Positions 21,372 through 32,266 of a DNA stretch of 64,000 bases are shown here, one piece after another. The DNA comes from a virus, in the IMG/VR virus record IMGVR_UViG_3300028654_000015, positions 14,368 to 78,367 of that record. One strand, 5' to 3'. The position numbers and the translations under genes are program-made. The notes beneath the pieces were generated by a model. It did no database searches, had not been told where the DNA came from, and worked only from the letters and a program-made list of their open reading frames with translations. Each line of letters begins with the position of its first letter. Within the stretch, counting starts at the first letter, position 1.

Positions 21372-21839
21372 ATGTTCAGTAAACTTTTAGGATTACTAAA
21401 TCGCGCACGAGAGGTATTCGAATTGCAAGATATTAAAGCACTATTATTGAAACTATCAATTTTACTTTTAGGTATCTTTGCGCCTTTGCATCAAATATTA
21501 ATAAGTCTTTTATTTCTTGTTCTATTAGATTTTATAACTGGTATTCTTGCTGCAATTAAAAAGAAACAGAAAATAACAAGTTCTAGACTTTCAAGAACTA
21601 TTTCAAAATTATTAGTATATTGTACGACTGTTGGTGCAGTACATATAACAAATTCAATGTTGTTATTTGGTGAGAATTTTTTACCACTAGAATCTTTTGT
21701 TGTAGGTTTTATAGCAGTTACAGAATTGAAATCTATATTTGAAAATCTTAATAGAATTAGTAGACAACCATTTCTATCTGATTTGATCGGTAAATTATCA
21801 AATGAAGGTAGAAAAAAGAAAAAAGATAGGAAAAGATAA
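21372..21839 (+). CDS. Holin (Phage_holin_4_1-like)
   Basis: Hydrophobic helices, LDFITGILAA..K.KITSSRL, ELKSIFENL and a basic C-terminus; ATG at 21372. Confidence 0.7.
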   Translation: MFSKLLGLLNRAREVFELQDIKALLLKLSILLLGIFAPLHQILISLLFLVLLDFITGILAAIKKKQKITSSRLSRTISKLLVYCTTVGAVHITNSMLLFGENFLPLESFVVGFIAVTELKSIFENLNRISRQPFLSDLIGKLSNEGRKKKKDRKR

Positions 21840-22832
21840 ATGTCAGGTCTTCCTCAAACTAGAGATGATTTAATTAATTGGTGTCTAAGAGAATTAGGTG
21901 CACCAGTTCTGCAAATTAATATTGACGATCAACAAATTCAAGATCGTATCGATGAAGGTTTATCTTATTTCCATGATTATCATTTTGATGGTGTAGAACA
22001 CATATACGTTCCACATAAATTAACTGCATCTACTTTAACATTTGCAGCCGCATTACCAGCAGTACCGAATTCATTTAAAACTGGTGAAATAATAGTAGGA
22101 CAAACTTCTGGTGCAACTGGTACATTTTATGATCAACCAGTAGCAGGTGCAAATATGTATATTCGCTTTCGATATGCATTAAACTCTGTACAATTTCAAG
22201 ATGGTGAAACTATAGTAGGAATGACAAGTACATTTAGTGCTGTATTAGCAGCAACTAATTCTATAGTATTAGGTGATCTTGATAATGAGTATATTACTAT
22301 GCCAAGTAATGTTATATCACTTTTCAATTTAGTTTCTTTTAATACTAGTCCATCTAATAGTTCTGGTATGTTTGATGTAAGATATCAATTTGCATTGAAT
22401 GATATGTATAATCTTCTTCAAACAGATGTGATTTCATATGTAATGTTCAAAGAAAGTATTTCTCTTTGGCAATTCATTTTTAATGGTGAAAAAAATATTA
22501 GATATAATAGAATTAGTAATAAAGTACGTCTAGATGTAGATTGGCAAAATGCAATGTCACCAGATATGTATATTCTATTTGAAGGATGGGGAACTATAGA
22601 TCCTGAAGCATATCCTGGTGTATATAAGAATCTTTTTGTTCGTAAATATTGTACTGCACTATTAAAAAGACAATGGGGAACTAATCTTAAGAAACTTGCA
22701 AATGTACCATTACTAAATGGTATATTGTTAAATGGTCAAAAAATATATGATGAAGCAAATCAAGAAATAGAAACATTAGAAAAAAGAATTGATCGTGAAT
22801 GGCAGTTGCCTCCAACTATGTTGGTAATGTAG
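21840..22832 (+). CDS. gp13: Neck protein gp13
   Basis: CLRELGAPVLQINIDDQQIQDRIDE, YHFDG, KRQWGTNLKK, NGQKIYDEA. Confidence 0.9.
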   Translation: MSGLPQTRDDLINWCLRELGAPVLQINIDDQQIQDRIDEGLSYFHDYHFDGVEHIYVPHKLTASTLTFAAALPAVPNSFKTGEIIVGQTSGATGTFYDQPVAGANMYIRFRYALNSVQFQDGETIVGMTSTFSAVLAATNSIVLGDLDNEYITMPSNVISLFNLVSFNTSPSNSSGMFDVRYQFALNDMYNLLQTDVISYVMFKESISLWQFIFNGEKNIRYNRISNKVRLDVDWQNAMSPDMYILFEGWGTIDPEAYPGVYKNLFVRKYCTALLKRQWGTNLKKLANVPLLNGILLNGQKIYDEANQEIETLEKRIDREWQLPPTMLVM

Positions 22833-22910
22833 GGCAATCTCCATTATTTTATTATGTTTCCAACCCTACCTAAATATGTATAAGGTAGTAAAATCTTAGG
22901 AACAATATAA

Positions 22911-23777
22911 GTGACCACAAATCGATATCTAAACTTATATCAGCAAACATCAGAACAAAATCTAGTAGAAGATATTTTGATTGAATCCATAAAAATGTGG
23001 GGAATCGATACCTATTATCTTCCAAGAGCACTTCAAAAAGAAGACCTTATATATGGCGAAGATGTTGTTTCTAAATTTAAAGATTATTTTACTATAGAAG
23101 TTTATATTAAAAATGTTGATGGATTTCAAGGTAAAGGAGATCTCTTCAGAAAATTTGGTCTAGAAATTCAAGATCAAGCGACATTAATAATTTCTAGAAG
23201 AAGATTTAATGAAGAGTGTGCACAAGACATTGATCCTCCTCGTCCTAGAGAAGGAGACTTAATGTTTTTTCCATTGAACGGTGCTTTAATGGAAATCAAA
23301 TTTGTTAGTAATGAAAAAATGGCATTCTATCCATTAGGTGAGTGGTATACATATCAAATTGATATACAACAATTTAACTATTCGCACGAAGATATAGTTA
23401 CTGGTATACCAGAAATAGATCAAGTACAGCCAGATTATACATATCAAATTGATTTGACTTTAGGTGTTGGTTCTGGTGTGTATCAAGTAAACGAAGAGAT
23501 ATATCAAGGTACTTCTCTTGGTGCTGCTACTGCAAAAGCAATTGTTATAAACCACGACACTCTTTCTAATAAACTTAGAATTAGAGATATAGTAGGCTCT
23601 TTTGCAGATGCTATTAATGTTATAGGTAATACTAGTGCTGCATCTTACGCAATTAGTGTAGTAGATCCTACAGATATATTAGCAGATGCTAGTGCTACAA
23701 ATAAACCAGCAGAAGTTGAAGCATTAACTATCTTAGATACTAGTGAATATAACCCATTTTCAAATTCAAACGAGTAA
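22911..23777 (+). CDS. gp14: Neck protein gp14
   Basis: EQNLVEDILIESIK.WG...YLPR, KFGLEIQD, RPREGDL; synteny. Confidence 0.9.
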   Translation: MTTNRYLNLYQQTSEQNLVEDILIESIKMWGIDTYYLPRALQKEDLIYGEDVVSKFKDYFTIEVYIKNVDGFQGKGDLFRKFGLEIQDQATLIISRRRFNEECAQDIDPPRPREGDLMFFPLNGALMEIKFVSNEKMAFYPLGEWYTYQIDIQQFNYSHEDIVTGIPEIDQVQPDYTYQIDLTLGVGSGVYQVNEEIYQGTSLGAATAKAIVINHDTLSNKLRIRDIVGSFADAINVIGNTSAASYAISVVDPTDILADASATNKPAEVEALTILDTSEYNPFSNSNE

Positions 23778-23780
23778 GTT

Positions 23781-24611
23781 ATGTTTGGTGTGCCATTTGA
23801 TAATAAAACTCTGAGAACAATAGTTGTTGCATTTGAAAATATGTTTTCAAACATAATTATTTTGCGTACTGATTCTGGCGGAAATGAAATAAAAAGATTA
23901 GCAGTTCCAATTACTCATGGTCCTAGAGATAGATATTTGGTTAGATTAAAAGATGACCCTACTTTACAAAGACCTATTGATTTGGTTTTACCAAGAATGT
24001 CATATCAAGTAGAAAGTATTGAATATGATGGCAAAAGAAAACTCAATACTATGGGTAAAAATTTCAAATCAATCTCTGGTGATAATTCACAACTACTAAG
24101 AGAATATAATCCAGTACCATATAATATAAATTTTTCGTTATCTATTATTTCAAAAACAGAAGAAGATGGAAATCAAATATTAGGACAAATATTACCATTT
24201 TTTACTCCAGATTATACTATAACTATAATGAGCATTCCTCAGGTAGGGCTGAAAGATGATATTCCATATGTGTTAAAAGGTGTAGCACTATCTGATAATT
24301 TTGATGATGAATGGCAAACAAGAAGAGATATTATCTGGACTCTTGCATTCACTGCTAAAGCATATTTCTATGGTCCAGTTAGTAAAGATCCAGTCATTAC
24401 AAAAACTCAGGAAGATTATCTTGCAACTGGTGGTGATATAAATGATCCAGCAGTTAGAGCAAAAACTCCCAGAGTGTTTAGAATTACTACAGAACCAAAT
24501 CCATTGGATGCTGCACCAGATAGTGATTATACTATTACAGAAACAAAACAAGCCTTTGATGATGGCAAAAAATTCAATCCAGAAACCCTGGAAGATGAAG
24601 ATATTACATAA
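23781..24611 (+). CDS. gp15: Tail sheath stabiliser and terminator gp15
   Basis: VPITHGPR, LPRMSY, PVPYNI, QILPFFTP, YFYGPV. Confidence 0.9.
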   Translation: MFGVPFDNKTLRTIVVAFENMFSNIIILRTDSGGNEIKRLAVPITHGPRDRYLVRLKDDPTLQRPIDLVLPRMSYQVESIEYDGKRKLNTMGKNFKSISGDNSQLLREYNPVPYNINFSLSIISKTEEDGNQILGQILPFFTPDYTITIMSIPQVGLKDDIPYVLKGVALSDNFDDEWQTRRDIIWTLAFTAKAYFYGPVSKDPVITKTQEDYLATGGDINDPAVRAKTPRVFRITTEPNPLDAAPDSDYTITETKQAFDDGKKFNPETLEDEDIT

Positions 24612-24623
24612 TAGTGAAATTAT

Positions 24624-25112
24624 ATGAATGATATTATAAAAAAGATTGAAGAAAGTAATCCCCTAATTGCAACAGAGAGTGATTTTCGTACTGTTGGCGT
24701 TTCTGTACAAAGAATTACAGATCAACCAAAAGTGTCAGCAAAAGTTGAAAGTAATTTGCCAGCAGTTGCGCCAAAAAAAGAAACAATTGCTGATGAGAGA
24801 CAAATAGATTTTGAACAAATTAGAGATAATTTATATGCAAATATGAAAATCTCGAAAGAAGCATTGGAACATCTTCTTCAAATTGCTCAAAGTAGTCAAC
24901 ATCCAAGAGCATATGAAGTATTAGCATTGTTATTAAAAACTAGTACAGATCTTAATAGAGATTTGATGAAAATACATAGTGAAAAGCATGGAATTGAAAA
25001 CAACAAACACAATAAAAATACACCACAAGGACCAGTAACAAATAATAATTTATTTGTTGGTACTGCTGATCAATTGGATGAATTTCTTGCTCAAATAATT
25101 AAAAAAGACTAA
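24624..25112 (+). CDS. gp16: Terminase small subunit gp16
   Basis: DFEQIRDNL, SQHPRAYEV, TNNNLFVGTA. Confidence 0.9.
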   Translation: MNDIIKKIEESNPLIATESDFRTVGVSVQRITDQPKVSAKVESNLPAVAPKKETIADERQIDFEQIRDNLYANMKISKEALEHLLQIAQSSQHPRAYEVLALLLKTSTDLNRDLMKIHSEKHGIENNKHNKNTPQGPVTNNNLFVGTADQLDEFLAQIIKKD

Positions 25113-26879
25113 ATGGCTACATATTCCGATATTAATAAAGGTCAAAATCAATACATTCTAGCCAATGGCTCGGAAATGAAATACTATGACAATAATCCCA
25201 ATCTAAAAGCAGCATATGTTCAATTACAATTCACCCAACACCAAATAGAAGAAAGAATTAAATGTGCTAAAGACCCTATCTATTTTATTGAAAATTATGT
25301 AAAAATCATGACATTAGATGGTGGTATTGAACCATTTAAAATGTGGCCTTTTCAAAAGAAACTAGTTGATGCTATACATAACAATAGATTCGTTATTTCG
25401 AAAGTTGCAAGACGTGCTGGTAAAACTACTACAGTAGTTTCTTATATTCTTTGGATGGTTCTTTTTCATCCATCTCAAACTGTTGCAATATTAGCAAATA
25501 AAGCATCAACTGCAAAAGAAATCTTAAGTATATTACAAAGATCATACGAACGTATACCTCTCTGGATGCAACAAGGTGTAAAAGTATGGAATAAAGGTAA
25601 TATTGATTTAGAGAATTCATCAAGAATTCTAACTGCACCGACATCATCAGATGCTCTTAGAGGTTATGGTGTTAATTTTCTACTATTAGATGAATTTGCT
25701 CTAGTACCAAACAATATTGCTGAAGAATTCATGACTTCTGTATATCCCACAATATCTTCCGGTACTAAATCTAAGATTGCAATTATTTCTACACCATTAG
25801 GGATGAATTTATTTTATCGTATGTGGACGGATGCAATCCATAAAAGAAATCTATATTTTCCTATAGAATTCCACTGGGCAGAAGTACCAGGTAGAGATGA
25901 AAAATGGAAAGAAGATCAAATCAAACAGATGGGGCAACAAAAGTTTGATCAAGAATATGAAACTAAATTTTTAGGTTCTTCTAATACATTAATAAGTGGT
26001 ATAAAATTATCAGAACTAACTTGGTTTCCTCCTCTCCAACAAATTGGTTGTTTAGATGTATATGAAAGACCAATAAATGATCATGTATATTTTACTATTG
26101 TAGATTGTGCGAGAGGTCAAAATTTAGACTATTCTGCATTTACAGTAATAGATGCTACTCAATCACCATATAAAATGGTTGCAAAATATAGAAATAAAGA
26201 AATAGATCCTTATATGTTTCCAGAAGTGATACATAATGTATCAAAAACTTACAATGAAGCATATGCACTGGTTGAATCGAATGATATTGGAAAACAAGTT
26301 GTAGATATATTACATACTGAACTAGAATATGAAAACGTATTCTCAGTTATGAATATGGGTAGGGCAGGTCAAAAATTATCTGCTGGTTATAGAAAGGGTG
26401 CAAAACTTGGAGTCGCTACTAGTGTGGCAATAAAAAGAATTGGGTGTGCCAATCTCAAGGCCCTAATAGAATCTGACCAACTATTGATTAATGACTTTAA
26501 TATCTATGAAGAATTGACAACATTTGTGGCAAGTAAAGACTCATTTGCTGCTGAAGAAGGTAGTAATGATGATTTAACTATGACATTGGTTTTATTTGGA
26601 TGGCTAACTTCACAACAACTATTCAAAGAACTTACTAATGGTGATATTAGAAAAAGAATGGCAGAAGAGAAATCCAAGATTGACCAAGAGAAATTAATGC
26701 CTTTTGGAATACTACCACAAGATACCCATAATCGAGTAGAAATGGACGTACACGGTACTAGATGGGTAGAGGTAGCACCCAGGGACTTAAAAGATCAATT
26801 TAGATTTTTTAACGATATAGACTTTACTGTTGGGTCTAATGACGATGACGATGATGGATACGGTGGAAACAGTCTATAA
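25113..26879 (+). CDS. gp17: Terminase large subunit gp17
   Basis: KCAKDPIYF, Walker A RRAGKTT, LLDEFA, ISTPLG; nuclease motifs VDCARG...DYSA and NDDL. Confidence 0.95.
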   Translation: MATYSDINKGQNQYILANGSEMKYYDNNPNLKAAYVQLQFTQHQIEERIKCAKDPIYFIENYVKIMTLDGGIEPFKMWPFQKKLVDAIHNNRFVISKVARRAGKTTTVVSYILWMVLFHPSQTVAILANKASTAKEILSILQRSYERIPLWMQQGVKVWNKGNIDLENSSRILTAPTSSDALRGYGVNFLLLDEFALVPNNIAEEFMTSVYPTISSGTKSKIAIISTPLGMNLFYRMWTDAIHKRNLYFPIEFHWAEVPGRDEKWKEDQIKQMGQQKFDQEYETKFLGSSNTLISGIKLSELTWFPPLQQIGCLDVYERPINDHVYFTIVDCARGQNLDYSAFTVIDATQSPYKMVAKYRNKEIDPYMFPEVIHNVSKTYNEAYALVESNDIGKQVVDILHTELEYENVFSVMNMGRAGQKLSAGYRKGAKLGVATSVAIKRIGCANLKALIESDQLLINDFNIYEELTTFVASKDSFAAEEGSNDDLTMTLVLFGWLTSQQLFKELTNGDIRKRMAEEKSKIDQEKLMPFGILPQDTHNRVEMDVHGTRWVEVAPRDLKDQFRFFNDIDFTVGSNDDDDDGYGGNSL

Positions 26880-26890
26880 AAGACCAAAAA

Positions 26891-26898
26891 TATAAATA
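26891..26898 (+). promoter_or_regulatory. T4-type late promoter (TATAAATA)
   Basis: Exact T4 consensus upstream of g18; AAGGAG RBS downstream. Confidence 0.8.
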
Positions 26899-26949
26899 TT
26901 TGAAGTTAGTATAGTTGCTAGTTTTGCCAACTTAAGGAGACACAATTCA

Positions 26950-29079
26950 ATGGCTTTTCAAATTTCTCCCGGTGTAAATTGGACCGAAATCGATCAGAGC
27001 ACAATAGTACCATCTGTACCTACTACAAACGGTGGATTTGTAGGAGTATTTCAATGGGGACCACTAGATAAGATTGTTCTAGTAGGAAGCGAACTTAATT
27101 TAGTAAGTAATTTTGGCAAACCAAATGAAGAAGTCGCATCTTCATTTTATGCAGCATCAAATTTTCTTGCCTACTCAAATAGTCTTCAAGTAGTTAGAGT
27201 TGCGAGTGAAGCATTTGCTGATGTTTCTTTCACTGTTAGTACTATAGGTACTGCAATGACCGGCGTTGGTTTCATAAACGGAACAATACCTCTTCGTGAA
27301 GGTTGTACTATCACTCATAATTCTGATATTAGAATTGTTGTTTCTATTACATCTGATACTGCTGCTGTTCTTAATTCAGCATTCCCATCAGATTTAGTTT
27401 CTGCTAACGTAGATGCACATATTTACGTTGGTGCATTGAATGCAACAGCAGAAGATGGAACTGGTTCTGGAAATCCTGGGATTGGTGCTCTTATTAAAAA
27501 TGAAGATGACTATAATGCAAACTATTCAAATGGTTCTGCAAATGTTGGTCTTTGGGCAGCAAGATGTGCTGGTAAATTAGGAAATTCATTAGAAGTTTCA
27601 ATTTGTCCAAGTGCTAATGCATTTAATCAAACCCTTGTTGGTACAGTATCAAGTTCTAGTAATGTATTAACAGGAATTGGAACATCATTTCTTAGTCGTG
27701 TTACTCGTGGTTCTATCATTATAGATTCTGTTTCTGGTCAGCAAAGAAAAGTTATTGGTGTATCGAGTGATACCCAATTAAGTGTTGATTCCGCATTTTC
27801 ACCAGCACTATCTGGTGCTACTGTAGTAGCAAGATGGGAATTTGCCGATGCTATTGGTATTGCACCTGGTACTTCAAGTTATGCAGTATCTAGAGGCGGT
27901 CTCAATGATGAACTACACGTAGTTGTAGTCGATAGTAATGGTCTATGGTCAGGTATACAAGGAACCGTTCTAGAAAGACATTCATTCTTATCAAAAGGAT
28001 CTGATGCTAAAGCAGAAGATGGTAGTAACATTTATTATCCTTCAAACATAAATGGTGAATCATCTTATGTTTGGTGGACAGATCATCTTCCAGCAGGATT
28101 AAACTGGGGAAGTGCTGTAAGTGGTGTAACATTCACTGCAATCAATCAGCCAATCAGATCTGAACTTTCTGGTGGAAGAGATGTAAATACTGGTGCTGAT
28201 ATCGACGGTGCAAAATTAAATGGTTGGGATTTATTTGCAAATGCTGATTCAGTAGATGTAGAACTTCTTATCACTGGTGATGCTTCTGCAACTGTAGCAA
28301 GTTATGTAATAGATAATATCTGCGAAGAAAGATTAGATTGTGTTGCTTTTATTTCTCCTCCTATGTCTGCTGTTGTAAATAACAACGGCAATGAAGTTGA
28401 TGATTCTATTTCTTTTAGAAATTCACTACCATCTACTTCATATGCAGTAATGGATAGCGGATGGAAACTTCAATACGACAAATACAACGACACAAATCGT
28501 TGGGTACCACTAAACGGTGATATTGCTGGCTTGTGTGCAAGAACTGATCAGGTTTCTGATCCTTGGTTCTCACCTGCTGGTATCAATCGTGGTAATATTA
28601 AAAATGTTATTAAACTAGCCTATAGTCCATATAAAGCACAGAGAGATATGTTGTATCTTTCAAGCATTAACCCTGTTATTAATTTACCAGGACAAGGCAC
28701 TGTTCTTTATGGTGATAAAACTTTACTTGGAAAACCAAGTGCATTTGACAGAATCAATGTTCGTAGATTGTTTATCGTACTAGAAAAATCAATTTCTCGT
28801 GCATCACAATCTTCATTATTCGAACTTAACGATACATTCACTCGTGCTAACTTCAGAGGATTGGTTGAACCATTCCTTCAGAATGTGCAGTCTAGACGTG
28901 GTATATATGCATTCAAAGTTGTATGTGATACTACAAATAATACCCCAGACGTTATCGATGCTAATGAGTTTGTTGGTGACATTTATATTCAACCAGCAAA
29001 AAGCATCAATTTCATTCAGTTGAATTTTATTGCAACTAGAACTGGCGTAGACTTTTCTGAATCAGTTGGTTCGGCTTAA
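26950..29079 (+). CDS. gp18: Tail sheath protein gp18
   Basis: SPGVNWTEID, FQWGP, PWFSPAG.NRG, SAFDRINVRRLF. Confidence 0.95.
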   Translation: MAFQISPGVNWTEIDQSTIVPSVPTTNGGFVGVFQWGPLDKIVLVGSELNLVSNFGKPNEEVASSFYAASNFLAYSNSLQVVRVASEAFADVSFTVSTIGTAMTGVGFINGTIPLREGCTITHNSDIRIVVSITSDTAAVLNSAFPSDLVSANVDAHIYVGALNATAEDGTGSGNPGIGALIKNEDDYNANYSNGSANVGLWAARCAGKLGNSLEVSICPSANAFNQTLVGTVSSSSNVLTGIGTSFLSRVTRGSIIIDSVSGQQRKVIGVSSDTQLSVDSAFSPALSGATVVARWEFADAIGIAPGTSSYAVSRGGLNDELHVVVVDSNGLWSGIQGTVLERHSFLSKGSDAKAEDGSNIYYPSNINGESSYVWWTDHLPAGLNWGSAVSGVTFTAINQPIRSELSGGRDVNTGADIDGAKLNGWDLFANADSVDVELLITGDASATVASYVIDNICEERLDCVAFISPPMSAVVNNNGNEVDDSISFRNSLPSTSYAVMDSGWKLQYDKYNDTNRWVPLNGDIAGLCARTDQVSDPWFSPAGINRGNIKNVIKLAYSPYKAQRDMLYLSSINPVINLPGQGTVLYGDKTLLGKPSAFDRINVRRLFIVLEKSISRASQSSLFELNDTFTRANFRGLVEPFLQNVQSRRGIYAFKVVCDTTNNTPDVIDANEFVGDIYIQPAKSINFIQLNFIATRTGVDFSESVGSA

Positions 29080-29094
29080 TAGGAGTAATTACAA

Positions 29095-29655
29095 ATGGCA
29101 TTTTCAATAGATGATATCAAGGCCAAATTAGAGTTTGACGGAACACGTCCTTCGCTATTTAATATAGCATTGACATTACCAGATTCTCTTCAATATGGCA
29201 ATAAGGGACTTTTTAATTCTAAATTAGAATTCCTATGTCATGCTGCATCAATACCAGTAACAACTGTTGCTGCTATCGAGGTTCCATATTTCGGTCGCAA
29301 AATAAAGATTGCAGGAAATAGAACATATCCAGAATGGACAATTACAATTTTCAATGATGAAGATTTTGCCCTTCGTGATGCATTTGAAGCGTGGTTGAAT
29401 GCAATAAATGATGCTCGTGGAAACATTAGAAATAGTGGTGTAGATTCTAGACCAGGTACTTATAAAACAAACGCATTAGTAAGAGCATTACCAAAAGATG
29501 ATGCATCTGAAAGAATCAGACGTTATAAATTCGAAGGTATGTTTCCAACTGAAGTATCTCCAATTGAATTGAACTGGGCGACAGAAAATGAGATTGCCTC
29601 ATTCACTGTAAACCTAGCATATGACATTTGGACCATTGATACTGCTCAAGAATAA
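29095..29655 (+). CDS. gp19: Tail tube protein gp19
   Basis: RPSLF, VPYFGRKIKIAGNRTY.EWTITIFNDEDF. Confidence 0.95.
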   Translation: MAFSIDDIKAKLEFDGTRPSLFNIALTLPDSLQYGNKGLFNSKLEFLCHAASIPVTTVAAIEVPYFGRKIKIAGNRTYPEWTITIFNDEDFALRDAFEAWLNAINDARGNIRNSGVDSRPGTYKTNALVRALPKDDASERIRRYKFEGMFPTEVSPIELNWATENEIASFTVNLAYDIWTIDTAQE

Positions 29656-29739
29656 GTCTTTTACTCGAACCTAAATAATTGAGACAAACCTTTTAGTGTC
29701 CAAGTTGATGCTAAATTGTATTATAATGTTAGGAAATCA

Positions 29740-31386
29740 ATGGCTTTCAACTTGTTTGGATTTTCAATCCAAAAGACTAAAGAAGAAAAAGAAAAGAAAG
29801 CGGCCGAGAGTTTCGTAGCCCAAACCAATACAGACGGTGCTTTAACCGTTGAAGGTGCTGGTGCATATGGTACCTATATTGATCTCGATGGTACTGTAAA
29901 AGATGAATTCGAACTTATAACTCGATATAGAGAAATGTCTTTATATCCAGAGTGTGATTATGCAATTGATGATATAGTAAATGAAGCAATAGTACTAGAT
30001 GGACAATCAGAAGCGATACAACTAGATCTAAGTGAACTAGATTTAGATGATAATATCAAAGATAAAATCCTCCAAAAATTTGTAAAAGTTAAAAAACTTA
30101 TACATTGGAAAAATGATGCGTATGAAGTTTTTAGAAAATGGTATGTAGATGGTCGTTTATATTATCATGTAATATTACCAGATGATAAAACAGATACTAG
30201 TGGTAAACTAGTCAAAAATGTAAAGGATGGTATATTAGAAGTTCGGTATATAGATCCTAGACAAATCAGAAAAATAAGGGTCGCGCAAAGAATTAGAAAT
30301 CCTAAAGGTATTGAAATTCTTGAAGTAATAGAAGAATATTTTATATACAATCAAAGAGGTATTAAGTACCAAGGTTCTTCTACGATTACACCAATGCAAG
30401 CACAAACGGTTGAAGGTGTTAAAATTTCTCCAGATTCGGTAATCTATGTACATTCTGGTATTGTTGATAAGTTCTCTTCTACAATACTTTCAAATTTACA
30501 CAAAGCAATCAAACCATGTAATCAATTAAAAATGATGGAAGATGCTTTAGTGATCTATCGTATTGTTAGAGCACCAGAACGAAGAATCTTCTATATTGAC
30601 ATTGGTAATTTGCCAAAAAGTAAAGGTGAAGATTATCTCAGAACTGTAGCAGAAAGATATCGTCAAAGACAATTATATGATATTAATACTGGTGAAGCGA
30701 GAGATGATAGAAGATTTCTAACAATGATGGAAGACTATTGGCTTCCAGTTAAAGATGGTGCATCTAATACAAAAATAGACACTCTACCAGGTGGAGAAAA
30801 TCTTGACCAAATGGCAGACGTTGAATATTTTGAAAAGAAATTATACAAATCATTGAACGTCCCTATTTCTAGAATGGATAGTAGTTCTGGTTTTATATTA
30901 GGAAGATCTCAAGAAATTACTAGGGACGAAATCAAATTTGCAAAATTAATTCATAGATTAAGAAACAGATTTGCCCAACTATTTCTAAAATTACTAGAAA
31001 TGGAATTGGTCCTTACTAATATAATGACCACGGATGAATGGGAAGAATATAAAGATAACATCAAATTCAAATATGCTAATGATAACCATTATGCTGAAGT
31101 AGTAGAAAATGAGGTATTAAAAGGTAGATTGGAATTATTATCTAAAGTAGATCCAGATGCTACAGTATATTCGAAAAAATATGTCTCTGTAGAATGGATT
31201 AGAAAACATATTCTAAAACAAACAGAAGATGAACAAAAACTCTTAGATAAAGAAATTGCGAAAGAAAAAGGAAAATATGATGATCTTTTACCAGAACTAG
31301 AAGAACCAAAAAGTAACAATTTTGATGATTTTCATGGATTGAATGACAAAAAACCAAAGCCAACTCCCGCTAAAAAGAAACAATAA
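29740..31386 (+). CDS. gp20: Portal protein gp20
   Basis: LFGFSI, RKWYVDGR, MMEDALVIYRIVRAPERRIFYID, TLPGGENL; start placed at ATG 29740 after AGGA. Confidence 0.95.
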   Translation: MAFNLFGFSIQKTKEEKEKKAAESFVAQTNTDGALTVEGAGAYGTYIDLDGTVKDEFELITRYREMSLYPECDYAIDDIVNEAIVLDGQSEAIQLDLSELDLDDNIKDKILQKFVKVKKLIHWKNDAYEVFRKWYVDGRLYYHVILPDDKTDTSGKLVKNVKDGILEVRYIDPRQIRKIRVAQRIRNPKGIEILEVIEEYFIYNQRGIKYQGSSTITPMQAQTVEGVKISPDSVIYVHSGIVDKFSSTILSNLHKAIKPCNQLKMMEDALVIYRIVRAPERRIFYIDIGNLPKSKGEDYLRTVAERYRQRQLYDINTGEARDDRRFLTMMEDYWLPVKDGASNTKIDTLPGGENLDQMADVEYFEKKLYKSLNVPISRMDSSSGFILGRSQEITRDEIKFAKLIHRLRNRFAQLFLKLLEMELVLTNIMTTDEWEEYKDNIKFKYANDNHYAEVVENEVLKGRLELLSKVDPDATVYSKKYVSVEWIRKHILKQTEDEQKLLDKEIAKEKGKYDDLLPELEEPKSNNFDDFHGLNDKKPKPTPAKKKQ

Positions 31387-31419
31387 ATACTAATATAGAG
31401 AATAAAAGGGGTCATTTAT

Positions 31420-31593
31420 ATGTCAAAATCCAATAAAAATCTATTGAAGAAGTTAATCGATTCTATCAGTAAGGGTAAAGGTAGTTCTGCTAAATCTTTA
31501 GTTTCTGAACTATTAGCATCAAAAATTCATTCAAAACTGAATGAAAAAGAAAAAGATTTGTCAAAGACTATTTTCAAAAAAGAATCTAAGTAA
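31420..31593 (+). CDS. Small prohead core protein (gp67-like position); absent from the ORF track
   Basis: 57 aa MSKSNKNLLKKLIDSISKG...; late promoter AATAAATA at 31382; between g20 and g21. Confidence 0.6.
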   Translation: MSKSNKNLLKKLIDSISKGKGSSAKSLVSELLASKIHSKLNEKEKDLSKTIFKKESK

Positions 31594-31596
31594 AAA

Positions 31597-32250
31597 ATGA
31601 AACTAATAGTAGAAAAAATAGAAAATGTTGAATTTCTAACTGAAGCCACAAAGGATGGTAAAAAGAACCATTTCATTAAGGGTGTCTTCATGCAAGCAGG
31701 CATTAAAAATAGAAATGGAAGAATTTATCCTATTCATATTCTACAAAAAGAAGTTTCCAGATATCAAAAAGAAGCAATAGAACAAGGTAGAGCAGTTGGT
31801 GAGTTGAATCACCCAGATAGTCCACAAATTAATCTTGATAGAGTATCCCATAAAATTATTTCATTAGAACAAAGTGGGAATGATTTTATTGGAAAAGCAA
31901 AAATTCTTGATACACCAAATGGTCAAATTGTTAAAAATCTATTAGATGAAGGAATTTCATTAGGTGTTTCTTCTCGTGGTATGGGTTCTCTAAAACAGAT
32001 AGATATGAACACAATGGAAGTACAAGAAGATTTCTATCTAGCAACTGCTGCTGATATTGTAGCAGATCCATCTGCCCCAAGTGCTTTTGTAGAAGGTATT
32101 CTTGAAGGAAAAGAATGGGTAAGAGTTGGCAACGAAATTGTTGAAAAACATATTCATAGAATGCAAGAAACAATCAAAGCAGCACCTAAAAGTAAAAGAA
32201 CAGACGTAGCAATCAAAGAATTTGATTCATTTTTAAAAAATCTAAAATAA
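31597..32250 (+). CDS. gp21: Prohead core protease gp21
   Basis: NRNGRIYP, GELNHP, GVSSRGMGSL, DIVADPSAP. Confidence 0.95.
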   Translation: MKLIVEKIENVEFLTEATKDGKKNHFIKGVFMQAGIKNRNGRIYPIHILQKEVSRYQKEAIEQGRAVGELNHPDSPQINLDRVSHKIISLEQSGNDFIGKAKILDTPNGQIVKNLLDEGISLGVSSRGMGSLKQIDMNTMEVQEDFYLATAADIVADPSAPSAFVEGILEGKEWVRVGNEIVEKHIHRMQETIKAAPKSKRTDVAIKEFDSFLKNLK

Positions 32251-32266
32251 AAATGGACTCGTTTCT

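Noticed and set aside
25113-26879. Intein or intron in the terminase, and the RRAGKT Walker A variant
   Set aside because: Length is normal with no insertion; the single Q-to-R change leaves the GKT core intact
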